From: Glaciecola sp.
GTDB taxonomy: Bacteria; Bacteroidota; Bacteroidia; Flavobacteriales_C; GCA-002722245
Assembly: GCA_047632015.1 (NCBI GenBank)
Contig: JBLIBC010000001.1
Location: 1-40,470, forward strand
Direction: 5' to 3'
DNA length: 40,470 nucleotides
This document shows positions 1 to 9,335 of the stretch, one piece after another. The notes under the pieces are model-generated. The model saw only the letters and a program-made list of their open reading frames with translations. It made no database searches and was not told the DNA's origin. The position numbers and the translations under genes were made by a program. Numbering within the stretch: the stretch's first letter is position 1; each line of letters begins with the position of its first letter.

Positions 1-291
1 TTATTAAAGCACGTGCCTGCTAAAGAGGATTTGTTTAAGTCCTTGTTAAAGCATCCTGCTATAGTAGAATTACGAGGAATAGGTTTGTTTTTATCCATTG
101 AATTCAAAGACAGTAATTTTAATTTTGCGGTGATTGAAGAGTGTATAAAAGAAGGAGTTATAACAGATTGGTTCTTGTTCAACGACAAGTGTTTAAGAAT
201 TGCTCCACCTTTAATAATTAATGAGAAAGAGATCAGGGAAGCTTGTCAGGTGATAGTTCAATCCATAGAAAGAGTGCAGCAGAAACGGTAA
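1..291 (+). CDS. C-terminal fragment of a class-III PLP aminotransferase (acetylornithine/ornithine type); the 5' end lies outside the window
   Basis: Frame 1 is open from base 1. The tail ...CLRIAPPLIINEKEIREACQVI... matches the conserved C-terminal R(I/F)APPL block of class-III aminotransferases. Confidence 0.6.
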   Translation, partial: LLKHVPAKEDLFKSLLKHPAIVELRGIGLFLSIEFKDSNFNFAVIEECIKEGVITDWFLFNDKCLRIAPPLIINEKEIREACQVIVQSIERVQQKR

Positions 292-298
292 GTTAGCA

Positions 299-3200
299 AT
301 GAAAAAAAAAGGAAGGAAAATAGCTTTTAGGTCGGTGGCCCTGCTGTTGCTTTTTATGTTTTTTTTCGGAGTGTTGTTGTTCAGGAGCTCGAGTTTTCAA
401 ACTTACCTAACACAAGAAGTAACTGAGTATTTTTCGAAAAGAACTTCTTCCAAAATAAGCATTGGTGAAATTGAATTTCGTTGGTTTAAAAAATTACTAA
501 TTAAGGATTTTTTAATACTGGATCATCATGAGGATACTTTGCTTTATGCTCATCAGCTGAACATGAAAGTGCAAGATTATGATTTTGATAAAAGGGAATT
601 CAAGCTGGAGAAATTACATTTGAAAGATGCATACGTAAGTTTAAAAAAGTACGAAGGTGAAGAGGATTATAATTTTAAACAATTCATTGACAGTTTAAAA
701 CTAAAGAAGCGGAAAAAGAAGAACGCGACTGAAATACACCTTGAAACGCGTAAGTTACTGTTGGAAAATATCAAGTTTAGGTTTTGGGATGAGAACAAAC
801 AACAAAAGGATTTTGGTGTTGATTACCATCATTTAGTTTGCACCTCTTTGAATGGTGAAATTGACAGTTTATTAGTGATTAATGATTCCATTAATGCCGA
901 AATTATGGGGTTGTCTTTGTTAGAAAAGTCAGGGTTTGAATTGGTGAATTTGAAAGCAAAAACCGTCGTGAGTTCAACAGAGATGACGATGAGCAACATG
1001 AAGTTAAATAGCTCAGGTACAGAGCTTAACGGAAAGTTGTCTTTTAAGTATAAGGAGTATCTGGATTGGCGAAAATTCATTAAAAAGGTAAAAATTCAAT
1101 CGGAGTTAATTCCAAGTCAAGTGTCTGGACATGACTTGTCTTACTTTGTTCCAGCATTAAAGGGAATAAAAGACAGTGTGACAATACAAGGTAAGATCTC
1201 TGGTAAAATTGGCAGGTTAAAATTGAAGAATTTCATATTAGGTTTTGGAGAACGTTCCTATTTTAAGGGAAAGGTGGATATTGATGGTTTACCTGACATA
1301 AAGAATGCCTTCGTTTACATTAATGCCAAAGAATTAGTCACCAATGATAAGGATGTGAAAAACCTTCCTTTACCTCCCTTTACAGAAGATCACAAGATTA
1401 AGGTTCCGTCTTGGTTTAAGAATTTGGATGATGTAAAATTCAAGGGGAAATACACAGGTTTCTCAAATGATTTTGTGGCCTATGGAACATTTAGGACAGC
1501 TTGCGGAACTGTTAAAAGTGATGTGAAATTCAGTAAAGACGATATAAGCGGTCTTGTAATAACTGGAGGAGTTAACACAAGTTTTTTCAATTTAAAAAAG
1601 CTGTTAAAAGAAAAAGAGCTTGGCACAATGGCTTTCGGGGGTGATGTGAAAGTAAATGTAAAAGACAAAAAGTTCAATTTTAAAATGAAAGGGAAACTTC
1701 CTTTTATTGAAGTGCATAATTACAATTACAAGGGAGTTGACGTAGATGGAACTCTTACCAATTCAAAGTTCGAAGGGGATTTACAAGTGAACGACACAAA
1801 TTTAGTGATGAGCTTTAATGGTGGTGTGGATTTTTCAAAACAAAAGCAAGAGTATAAGTTTAAAGCTGATGTGCGCAGGGCCAACGTCAGTAATTTAGGT
1901 TTAATTAAAAGGGATAGTTCAACAAGTGTTTCTTTTACAATGAACATTGATTTAGCAGGAAATACCGTAAAAGACATCCGTGGAAAAGTGGATGTTCTTG
2001 ATTTTGATTGGCACGAATCGGGGCGCGATTATCATTTTAACACCACATCAATTAAATCGGTGAAGCTCAAGGAAAAAGAATTGATTTCTTTGAATTCGGA
2101 TTGGTTTGTGGCACGAATTGAAGGTCAGTATGATTTACAGGAATTATATCCTTCGTTGATCAACATTGTAGCTAGAGATTTACCGTCGTTGGTTGACTGG
2201 AAGTATTCAAAGGTGGAGTCAAAAGGTAAAAACAACTTCAGGTTGATGTTTAAAATTAAGGATTATGCTTTATTGCATGATTTGATTACTCCTAATTTAT
2301 GGTTGGATCGAGCAAGTTTTAGTGGGTCATTTAATGACAAGTCTCAAATTTTCCACATGAACTTTTCAGCGGACACCATTAAAATGAATGGAGCTAAAGC
2401 AGATAACTTCAAATTGTATGCGCACAATAAAAATGAACAAGTAAATGTGACCGTTAAATCAAAATTTATTGGCGCAAATGATTCTGTTGGAATCAAAAAT
2501 GTTGTCTCTACCATTCAATCTGCTGATAACTTGAGCAATTATGAAGTCACATGGGACAATGAAACTGCCGTGCGGAATAGCGCCAAAATAACCGGTGTGA
2601 TGGGTGTGGAAAAGCTTGACAGTATTTGGACACACATAAATCAATTTGATTTAGTTGTGGAAGACAATTTATGGGAAATTGATTCGACAAACACTGTTGT
2701 TTTTAATCCTGGAAAAGTGAATTTCCGACACTTTTTGGTTAGGTCTGGAAAAGAGTATCTCAACATTGACGGTTTGTTGACTTCAGAATTGAATAATAAT
2801 TTAAAAATTAATGCTAAAGATTTTAAGCTTAAAAACTTAAAGCGAATATTTGATAGGTACAATGTGGGTATTGACGGGAAGCTGTCTGGTAATTTTAAGT
2901 TGGAAGGTAATTTAAAAGAACCGGTATTAAAGTCAGACGTGGAGGTGAATGAGTTTAAATTAAACGGACAGTCTTTTGGTAAAATTTGTTTGCATTCACA
3001 ATATGACACGGAGTGGGGGAGGCTTGGTATAAATTTGAATGTGGAAAATCAAAGCAGGTTTTTAGTGGGCAATTCCATCGAAGTTTCTGGTGATTATTTT
3101 CCTAAAAGAAATGGGGAAGTCGATTTGGAAGCCAAGTTTAGTAATTTAAAATTGACCTTTTTAGAACGCTATTTTAATGGTGTGTTTTCCGAATTTAAAC

Positions 3201-4753
3201 AAGGCAAAACATCAGGTGAGTTCGACATAAAGGGCACGTTGAAATCTCCTGAGTTGTACGGGAAACTCAAATTGGATCAAATGAATTTGAAAGTTGATTA
3301 CTTGAATGTGGCGTATGCCATTAATGGGGAATACATTCATTTTAATAACGATAAAATTTTATTCAAAGAGTTTAAATTGACTCATAATATTTACACAAAA
3401 TCCAAAATATTTGTAAATGGGACTGTTTTTCACACGGGCTTCAAAAACATTACTTATAAAATGGACTCTATCAAATTAAAAGATTTGTTTTGTTTGAATA
3501 CAACTATCGATGAAAATTCGTCATACTATGGGCAGGCTTTTGTTGATGGCTTGCTTCGAGTTGAGGGGGATGGTAAAGTGAATACCATTTCGGGGGCAAT
3601 TTCAACAGTGCCTTATGAGGATAAATTAAGCAAAGGTACCACCAAGCTGAATTTACCTTTGGGTGAAGTGGGAGAGCTTGAGGTAAGTGATTTCATTCAT
3701 TTTGTAGACTTAAGTAAAGGTCATGATCAAAATAAAAGGTATGCTGAAAAACTTGATTTGTCTGGTTTGTCACTTGATTTTAACTTTTTAATAAACAAAG
3801 AGGCAACAGCTAAAATAATTTTTGATCCTAAAGTAGGTGACGAAATTGAAGTAAATGGGAATGGGAATATTAACATGAACATTAACTCCCAAGGTAATTT
3901 TTTAATGAGTGGAAAATACACCATTGACGAAGGAAGGTACTTCTTTACTTTAAAGAATTTTATTGGAAAAAAGTTTATTGTGGAAAAGGGAAGTACCTTG
4001 GTTTGGGATGGGGATCCAGTGAACGCGACTATCGACATAAAGACCCGTTACAAAGCCAGAGCAAAATTAATTGATTTGGCGAATCTTTCTGAGGTTAATT
4101 ACGAGTCGAATAAAGAGCGGTACAGTAACAGGAGTGCAGTCTACGCCGGATTAGACATACAGGGTGAATTAATGAAGCCAGAAATTAAAATGGGTGTTAC
4201 ACTGCCCAATGGAACACCTGATGAAAAAGAGTTTTTATCCAACAGATTGGTTGGGGAGGATGAAATTAACAGACAGGTTTTTGCCTTGTTGTTGACAAAC
4301 CAATTTTTACCTTCTTCCGTAAGCGGGTTTTCGGACGCTGTTAATATGGGAGCAGGAATAGACAATGGGATTCAGTTTTTAGAAGGGCAATTGAACAACT
4401 CCTTGGGTGGAATCCTAAATAACGTTGATTTGGGATTGGATTACAATTCGGGGTCAACAAATGACAGTTTAAGTCATGATGAACTGAGGTTGTTATTGGG
4501 GTTTCAATACAAGAAGTTTTCAGTGAAAACCGATTATGCATTAAACAATGAAGCTGGAGAAATACAAGTGGAATATAAAATTACCGATAGACTAAAAGCC
4601 AAAGCGTACAGGCGAACTACAGAGCAAGTGATTGTAAGTAATGGAGTAGATTTAACTCAAGGAGCAGGTGTTGTTTATCAAAAATCATTTGATTCAATAA
4701 AGGGGTTGTTCACAAGGAAAAGGAAGAAAAAAAATGAAAAGGATAATAAATAG
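299..4753 (+). CDS. TamB-like translocation/assembly module protein (AsmA/DUF490 family), 1484 aa
   Basis: N-terminal membrane anchor (LLLLFMFFFGVLLF), then a very long beta-rich K/N/D body. The C-terminal DUF490-like block reads ...GKYTIDEGRYFFTLKNFIGKKFIVEKGSTLVWDGDPVNATIDIKTRYKA.... Confidence 0.75.
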   Translation: MKKKGRKIAFRSVALLLLFMFFFGVLLFRSSSFQTYLTQEVTEYFSKRTSSKISIGEIEFRWFKKLLIKDFLILDHHEDTLLYAHQLNMKVQDYDFDKREFKLEKLHLKDAYVSLKKYEGEEDYNFKQFIDSLKLKKRKKKNATEIHLETRKLLLENIKFRFWDENKQQKDFGVDYHHLVCTSLNGEIDSLLVINDSINAEIMGLSLLEKSGFELVNLKAKTVVSSTEMTMSNMKLNSSGTELNGKLSFKYKEYLDWRKFIKKVKIQSELIPSQVSGHDLSYFVPALKGIKDSVTIQGKISGKIGRLKLKNFILGFGERSYFKGKVDIDGLPDIKNAFVYINAKELVTNDKDVKNLPLPPFTEDHKIKVPSWFKNLDDVKFKGKYTGFSNDFVAYGTFRTACGTVKSDVKFSKDDISGLVITGGVNTSFFNLKKLLKEKELGTMAFGGDVKVNVKDKKFNFKMKGKLPFIEVHNYNYKGVDVDGTLTNSKFEGDLQVNDTNLVMSFNGGVDFSKQKQEYKFKADVRRANVSNLGLIKRDSSTSVSFTMNIDLAGNTVKDIRGKVDVLDFDWHESGRDYHFNTTSIKSVKLKEKELISLNSDWFVARIEGQYDLQELYPSLINIVARDLPSLVDWKYSKVESKGKNNFRLMFKIKDYALLHDLITPNLWLDRASFSGSFNDKSQIFHMNFSADTIKMNGAKADNFKLYAHNKNEQVNVTVKSKFIGANDSVGIKNVVSTIQSADNLSNYEVTWDNETAVRNSAKITGVMGVEKLDSIWTHINQFDLVVEDNLWEIDSTNTVVFNPGKVNFRHFLVRSGKEYLNIDGLLTSELNNNLKINAKDFKLKNLKRIFDRYNVGIDGKLSGNFKLEGNLKEPVLKSDVEVNEFKLNGQSFGKICLHSQYDTEWGRLGINLNVENQSRFLVGNSIEVSGDYFPKRNGEVDLEAKFSNLKLTFLERYFNGVFSEFKQGKTSGEFDIKGTLKSPELYGKLKLDQMNLKVDYLNVAYAINGEYIHFNNDKILFKEFKLTHNIYTKSKIFVNGTVFHTGFKNITYKMDSIKLKDLFCLNTTIDENSSYYGQAFVDGLLRVEGDGKVNTISGAISTVPYEDKLSKGTTKLNLPLGEVGELEVSDFIHFVDLSKGHDQNKRYAEKLDLSGLSLDFNFLINKEATAKIIFDPKVGDEIEVNGNGNINMNINSQGNFLMSGKYTIDEGRYFFTLKNFIGKKFIVEKGSTLVWDGDPVNATIDIKTRYKARAKLIDLANLSEVNYESNKERYSNRSAVYAGLDIQGELMKPEIKMGVTLPNGTPDEKEFLSNRLVGEDEINRQVFALLLTNQFLPSSVSGFSDAVNMGAGIDNGIQFLEGQLNNSLGGILNNVDLGLDYNSGSTNDSLSHDELRLLLGFQYKKFSVKTDYALNNEAGEIQVEYKITDRLKAKAYRRTTEQVIVSNGVDLTQGAGVVYQKSFDSIKGLFTRKRKKKNEKDNK

Positions 4754-5522
4754 ATCGAGGTTAAGCATTGCTTTTTGTCTAGTGATGGTTCTTTTTTCGT
4801 GCGAGAAAGAATATGAAAAGCATTGTCAAAATCAAGGAGTTAGGGGTGAAATATGTAAGGAGCTACGCTATGAAAATGATGTGCTTGTTGAGGCTGTAAC
4901 TTATGAATATGGAAACAATAGTTTGGTGTACTTAAAACTTCATGAAAATAAGAATGGTAGTAATATTGGACAAGTTATTTATACGTACGACGGCCAAAAT
5001 ACTTTGGTAAGTGAAACTTTTAAAAATTCAAAGCAGGAAGAGGTTATATTGAGCACATGGTCATATAATGCTCAACAACAAGAGGAGTCAAATGTGTCTA
5101 CAGTTTATGGTGTCAAACAGGAAACGAAGACCACTTACGATACTAATTGGGTGATTCAAGAAAAAATTTATATTGATGAGGTTTTAAAATATAACAAGGT
5201 GTATCAGTATTTTGATAATGACACCATGTCGTTTAACGTATTTACTTATGATCAAGACAGCGTGCTTTTAACTGTAGCTGAACACCGACAATTTGATTCT
5301 ACTACTAAAAGAATTGAAGTTTATAACCAATCAGGAGGTTTAGACAATTATTATGTCCATCTGTATCAAAGTAGTGGTGAATTGATTGAGAAAAGGACAT
5401 ATGATAAAAACTCAACGTTGATTCATCAAGAATTGTATTACTACGACAATGGGAAAGTGGACGAATACAAGTTGCAGTCTACGGCAACAGCAAATAAAAA
5501 AATAAAGTATTTGAGATTTTAA
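4734..5522 (+). CDS. Lipoprotein with about eight YD-like repeats (xYxYD/N), function unknown
   Basis: Lipobox LVMVLFSC. Recurring motifs: VTYEYGNN, VIYTYDGQN, TTYDTN, VYQYFDND, VFTYDQD, RTYDKN, LYYYDNG. The ATG overlaps the TamB-like stop by 20 nt. Confidence 0.6.
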   Translation: MKRIINRSRLSIAFCLVMVLFSCEKEYEKHCQNQGVRGEICKELRYENDVLVEAVTYEYGNNSLVYLKLHENKNGSNIGQVIYTYDGQNTLVSETFKNSKQEEVILSTWSYNAQQQEESNVSTVYGVKQETKTTYDTNWVIQEKIYIDEVLKYNKVYQYFDNDTMSFNVFTYDQDSVLLTVAEHRQFDSTTKRIEVYNQSGGLDNYYVHLYQSSGELIEKRTYDKNSTLIHQELYYYDNGKVDEYKLQSTATANKKIKYLRF

Positions 5523-5628
5523 TAGTTTCTAGTTGCTTTTTCTCAATTACAAATGATCGTTTATGGTCAGTATTTACTTGCCTGATTGAAATTATATAGC
5601 ATGCTGTTTTTGTCACAGAGCTAGCATG

Positions 5629-5654
5629 TCATTTAACGGTAATCCGTTAAATGA
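5629..5654. terminator. Perfect 11-bp stem / 4-nt loop hairpin between convergent genes; possible bidirectional terminator with no clear U-tract
   Basis: tcatttaacgg-taat-ccgttaaatga, read directly. It lies between the stop at 5522 (+) and the stop at 5661 (-). Confidence 0.4.
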
Positions 5655-5660
5655 TATTAA

Positions 5661-6227
5661 CTAAGAAATTGCTCTTTTTATTAATTTAAGATGATCATTA
5701 TCAAATGATATTTCTAAGCTTAGTTTTTGAGCCTTATCGCTCATTTTATTCCATGTTTTTTTCACAATATTTATCCATTTTTCTTCACTGTAATCTTTGT
5801 TTTTATAAAATGGTTTGAAATAATATGATAAAAAGACCAAGCAGGCAGTGTCTTCAATTAATTGTGCCCCCTCAGAAGTACGTAAATTCTTTTTGCTAAC
5901 TAGCTCTTTCACAATGTTTATCTCTTCAGTGTTGTATCCAGCTTTATTCAAAACTACTCCAGCAAGATTTGCTTGGTAATTATAAAGAGCAGTCCTCCAT
6001 TGATGGTATCCTACCTTGTTCATTGGATAGGTTTCACGATTAATTCCCCAACGCTGTAAATGTTGACACCTGGCAGCTAGTTCATCTAGTTCAGTTGCTT
6101 CCGAATTTAGACGATACAACCATTTTACCATTCGGTCAGAGTACAACCTTTCTGCTGATTCACCGTTTTCTATCTTTGGGTCTTGATCGTGAATTTCATT
6201 GATTAAGTCAATTGCTTCTGTTTTCAT
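5661..6227 (-). CDS. DUF4202 domain protein
   Basis: 188 aa with ...ARCQHLQRWGINRETYPMNKVGYHQWRTALYNYQA..., which I recognise as the DUF4202 family core. Confidence 0.65.
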   Translation of the reverse strand: MKTEAIDLINEIHDQDPKIENGESAERLYSDRMVKWLYRLNSEATELDELAARCQHLQRWGINRETYPMNKVGYHQWRTALYNYQANLAGVVLNKAGYNTEEINIVKELVSKKNLRTSEGAQLIEDTACLVFLSYYFKPFYKNKDYSEEKWINIVKKTWNKMSDKAQKLSLEISFDNDHLKLIKRAIS

Positions 6228-6285
6228 GCTGGTAATGTAATTTTTTTTTGATGAGCTCAGTTTTTGATTTTGAGCTTGAAATTAT

Positions 6286-7062
6286 TTATTTATTTTTTAA
6301 TGCTTGTTTTGCTTTTTCCCAAAACTTGTCCATTTCCGGAAGTTTCATGTTGCTGATGTTTTTGTTTTCGTCAGCCATGATATTTTCCATTTTTGTAAAT
6401 CTTTTCATGAACTTTTGGTTCGTTTTTTCCAATGCGTCTTCAGGATTTATTCCAACAAATCTGGCGTAGTTAACCATGGAAAATAAAATGTCGCCAAACT
6501 CTTGCGCCATTTTTTCTTGGTCATTTTTATCTTCCTCTTCTTTGTATTCGTGTAGCTCTTCTTGGACCTTTTCCCATACTTGGTCTGCATTGTCCCAGTC
6601 AAACCCAAGACCTTTCACTTTATCTTGGATTCTAATGGCTTTTACTAGCGCAGGTAAGGAATTGGGCACACCTTCAAGCACACTCTTTTTACCTTCCCTT
6701 AATTTTATTTTTTCCCAGTTCTTTTTTACTTCTTCTTCGGTTTCAGCTTTTACATCGCCATAAATGTGTGGATGTCGCACAATTAATTTTTCACAAACCG
6801 TATTAAGCACATCGCTGATGTCAAACTGGTTGGTCTCTGATGCAATCTTGCTGTAAAACACAAGGTGAAGCATTAAATCACCTAACTCTCCTTTGATTTC
6901 ATCGCTGTCTTTTTGCAGTATAGCATCGCATAATTCGTAAGTTTCTTCGATGGTTAAATGCCTCAGGGACTCCATGGTTTGCTTTTTGTCCCAAGGACAT
7001 TTTTCCCTAAGTTCATCCATGATGGTTAACAATCGTTCAAAAGCTTTCAATTTATTGTCCAT
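6286..7062 (-). CDS. mazG: Nucleoside triphosphate pyrophosphohydrolase MazG
   Basis: Tandem MazG domains: N-terminal FERLLTIMDELREKCPWDKKQTMESLRHLTIEETYEL, then a second EExGD-type half (QEFGDILFSMVNYARF). Confidence 0.9.
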   Translation of the reverse strand: MDNKLKAFERLLTIMDELREKCPWDKKQTMESLRHLTIEETYELCDAILQKDSDEIKGELGDLMLHLVFYSKIASETNQFDISDVLNTVCEKLIVRHPHIYGDVKAETEEEVKKNWEKIKLREGKKSVLEGVPNSLPALVKAIRIQDKVKGLGFDWDNADQVWEKVQEELHEYKEEEDKNDQEKMAQEFGDILFSMVNYARFVGINPEDALEKTNQKFMKRFTKMENIMADENKNISNMKLPEMDKFWEKAKQALKNK

Positions 7063-7132
7063 TTGTTTTTATTTTTACGGAGTGGTGTTAAAACCAAGGT
7101 CACAAACTTAATTCTTTTGCATTAGAATATTC

Positions 7133-8200
7133 ATGAAAAAAAAGCCAGCCTCGTTAAAAGTTTTAAAGTTAAATTTTGAGCATGAAACAGCCGAAAGCCT
7201 TGTTGATAAGTACAAACATGTAAATTTGCCAACTTGGGCAAAGGGAGTGATTGACTTTTTGGATGAGTTCCTAAAGGAGGATACAATTACTTGTTTTACT
7301 TCTGGAACAACAGGTTCCCCTAAATCAATTACATTAAAAAAGGAGCAATTAATAGGAAGCGCTAAAAACACGTTGGCATTTTTTGCTATAAAAGCAGGGG
7401 ATAAAGTATTGTTACCTCTATCAAGCAAACACATTGCTGGAAAAATGATGGTAGTACGAGCTTTGGTGGGCAAGTTAAATCTTGTTGTTATTGAACCGTC
7501 TATAGATATTCAGTTGTTGAAATTAAATCATTTTAAATTTTCGGTAGTGATTCCAATGCAAATTGTGCCTCTAGTAAGAGCAAACGATTCACAAGCACTT
7601 CACGATTTAGGTAAAATATTGATTGGCGGGAGTGACATAAACCAAAACATGATTGAAGGTTTAAAGGAAATGAATATTGGTGCGTGGGCGTCTTTTGGAA
7701 TGACAGAAACAATGAGTCATTTTGCCTTACGCCAACTTAGTCCCATTTGTGAGGAAACATATACCTGTTTACCTGGATTTGAAATCAGTAACAATTTTAA
7801 TAGTCAGTTAAAATTGAAGAACATCACTTTGGGAATTAATGAAATTCAAACAAATGATGTGGTTAACATTGTTTCATACGGATCTTTCATTTGGTTGGGA
7901 AGAGCAGACAATGTGGTTAACTCAGGAGGTGTGAAATTAAATCCTGAACTAATTGAAAGAAAAATAAAAAGCTTGTACCCGCAGGTGCCTAATTTTGTAA
8001 TAGTTGGTATTACTGATGTTAAACTGGGAGAAAAGTTAGTGTTGTTTCATGAAGGAGAATCATTTTTATCAAAATCAGAAATGGTTATAGTAAAAGATAA
8101 ACTCGACCAATATGAATTTCCTAAAAAGTTAAAAAAAGTTCTTTTATTTGACAGGACAGCTTCTGGAAAAATCATCAGAAAAAATTACACTGTGAAATAG
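7133..8200 (+). CDS. Short AMP-binding (adenylate-forming) enzyme, o-succinylbenzoate-CoA ligase (MenE)-like
   Basis: AMP-binding P-loop TSGTTGSPKSI near residue 57, a GMTE motif (FGMTETMS), and a C-terminal ...SGKIIRK. The 355-aa size is typical of the short Bacteroidota MenE-like form. Confidence 0.65.
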   Translation: MKKKPASLKVLKLNFEHETAESLVDKYKHVNLPTWAKGVIDFLDEFLKEDTITCFTSGTTGSPKSITLKKEQLIGSAKNTLAFFAIKAGDKVLLPLSSKHIAGKMMVVRALVGKLNLVVIEPSIDIQLLKLNHFKFSVVIPMQIVPLVRANDSQALHDLGKILIGGSDINQNMIEGLKEMNIGAWASFGMTETMSHFALRQLSPICEETYTCLPGFEISNNFNSQLKLKNITLGINEIQTNDVVNIVSYGSFIWLGRADNVVNSGGVKLNPELIERKIKSLYPQVPNFVIVGITDVKLGEKLVLFHEGESFLSKSEMVIVKDKLDQYEFPKKLKKVLLFDRTASGKIIRKNYTVK

Positions 8201-8225
8201 GTTTTTTCGTCCAAAAAATAATTCA

Positions 8226-8233
8226 TAACTTTG
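8226..8233 (+). promoter_or_regulatory. Bacteroidota sigma-A -7 box candidate (TAACTTTG) upstream of greA
   Basis: Exact match to the TAnnTTTG consensus, 67 nt before the greA ATG. No good -33 TTTG seen. Confidence 0.35.
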
Positions 8234-8256
8234 ATTATCAAATTGATAATGCAATT

Positions 8257-8288
8257 AGAATCCTGGCAACGTCAGGATTCTTTTATTT
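8257..8288 (+). terminator. Intrinsic-terminator-like hairpin plus T-tract, 12 nt upstream of the greA start
   Basis: agaatcctg-gcaacgt-caggattct (9 bp, 4 GC) followed by TTTATTT. It lies after the 8200 stop and before the 8301 ATG. Confidence 0.5.
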
Positions 8289-8300
8289 AAATATAAGACC

Positions 8301-8774
8301 ATGGCTGACTTAAGTTATTTTACAAAAGAAGGATTAGAGAAGTTGAAACAAGAACTTCATGATTTAAAGACAATCGAAAGGAGAAAAGTTACCCAACAAA
8401 TTGCTGATGCACGAGATAAAGGTGATTTATCTGAAAATGCTGAATATGATGCTGCGAAGGAAGCTCAAGGAATGTTGGAATTGAAAATTTCTCAATTGGG
8501 AGGGGTTTTGTCTGGTGCTAGAGTGTTAGACGGTTCAAAAATTGACGATTCAAAAGCTTTGATTTTATCCTTTGTAAAGGTAAGAAATGAAGCAAATAAG
8601 ATGGAAATGAAATATAAATTGGTGACAGAAGAAGAGGCTAACTTAAAAGAAATGAAAATTTCGATTAGTTCACCAATAGGAAAAGGGTTGCTTGGGTTGT
8701 CAGTTGGAGAAATAGCCGAAATTAAAGTGCCAGCAGGTATGTTAAAGTTGGAAGTGTTAGAGATTTCAAGATAG
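8301..8774 (+). CDS. greA: Transcription elongation factor GreA
   Basis: 157 aa. The coiled-coil N-terminus carries the conserved ...ARDKGDLSENAEYDAAKEAQ... acidic tip, followed by a C-terminal FKBP-like domain. Confidence 0.95.
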   Translation: MADLSYFTKEGLEKLKQELHDLKTIERRKVTQQIADARDKGDLSENAEYDAAKEAQGMLELKISQLGGVLSGARVLDGSKIDDSKALILSFVKVRNEANKMEMKYKLVTEEEANLKEMKISISSPIGKGLLGLSVGEIAEIKVPAGMLKLEVLEISR

Positions 8775-8783
8775 ATAAGGGTC

Positions 8784-9176
8784 ATGGCTAGTATATTTTC
8801 TAAAATAATATCAGGAGAAATTCCGTGCTATAAAATTGCTGAGAATGATTATTGTTTAGCTTTTTTAGATGTGAGTCCATTAACTAAAGGGCACGTATTA
8901 GTAGTGCCTAAAAAGGAAGTAGATTTACTATTTGATCTGGAAGACAAGGATTATCAGGAAGTACACGCCATGGCTAAAAAGGTGGCTGGAGCAATTAAAA
9001 AGGCGGTGCATTGTACAAGAGTTGGATCTGCAGTTATCGGACTTGAAGTTCCTCATGCTCATGTTCATTTGGTTCCCCTTAACAACATTGGTGATTTAAA
9101 TTTCAAAAAAGAGCGATTAAAATTATCTATTGAAGAGTTTGAATTGATAGCTGCTGATATCCGCAGGTACCTCTAA
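8784..9176 (+). CDS. HIT-family (histidine triad) nucleotide hydrolase
   Basis: MASIFSKIISGEIPCYKI... N-terminus and the histidine triad HAHVHLVP. Confidence 0.9.
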   Translation: MASIFSKIISGEIPCYKIAENDYCLAFLDVSPLTKGHVLVVPKKEVDLLFDLEDKDYQEVHAMAKKVAGAIKKAVHCTRVGSAVIGLEVPHAHVHLVPLNNIGDLNFKKERLKLSIEEFELIAADIRRYL

Positions 9177-9283
9177 ATCATTTTTTTATCTGTTCGTTTT
9201 CGTTACGTTGTTAAAAAATGTCTTTTGAGGAGATCAATTGTATGGTTTAGCGTTTTATTTCCAATTTTATTGGATTTGTAACG

Positions 9284-9291
9284 TAACTTTG
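9284..9291 (+). promoter_or_regulatory. Orphan -7 box candidate (TAACTTTG) in the hit/hypothetical intergenic region
   Basis: Exact TAnnTTTG match with no downstream + strand ORF. About 50 nt upstream of the 9343-9368 hairpin. Confidence 0.3.
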
Positions 9292-9317
9292 ATTTGTATA
9301 GAAATTGATTTTCTGGT

Positions 9318-9333
9318 ACAAACTGACAAACTG
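9318..9333 (+). repeat. Tandem 8-mer ACAAACTG x2
   Basis: Read directly: acaaactg|acaaactg. Confidence 0.8.
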
Positions 9334-9335
9334 AT

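Noticed and set aside
829-4541. Nine minus-strand ORFs (61-122 aa) inside the TamB-like gene
   Set aside because: All are antisense to a long ORF whose C-terminal DUF490-type block is recognisable. Their translations are low-complexity S/F/L/P-rich strings typical of the reverse frame of K/E/N-rich genes, and none has a recognisable motif.
4721-4736. A-rich run (GAAAAAAAATG) at the TamB/lipoprotein junction as a second slippery site
   Set aside because: Both flanking ORFs are complete, with their own start and stop. The run is simply the Lys-rich TamB tail overlapping the next start codon, and there is no evidence of a frame discontinuity.
6248-7473. Plus-strand ORFs 6248..6469, 6304..6486 and 6476..6763 over mazG, and minus-strand ORF 7108..7473 over the AMP-binding gene
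   Set aside because: They overlap genes with clear family signatures on the opposite strand. Their sequences are Phe/Ser/Leu-rich noise.
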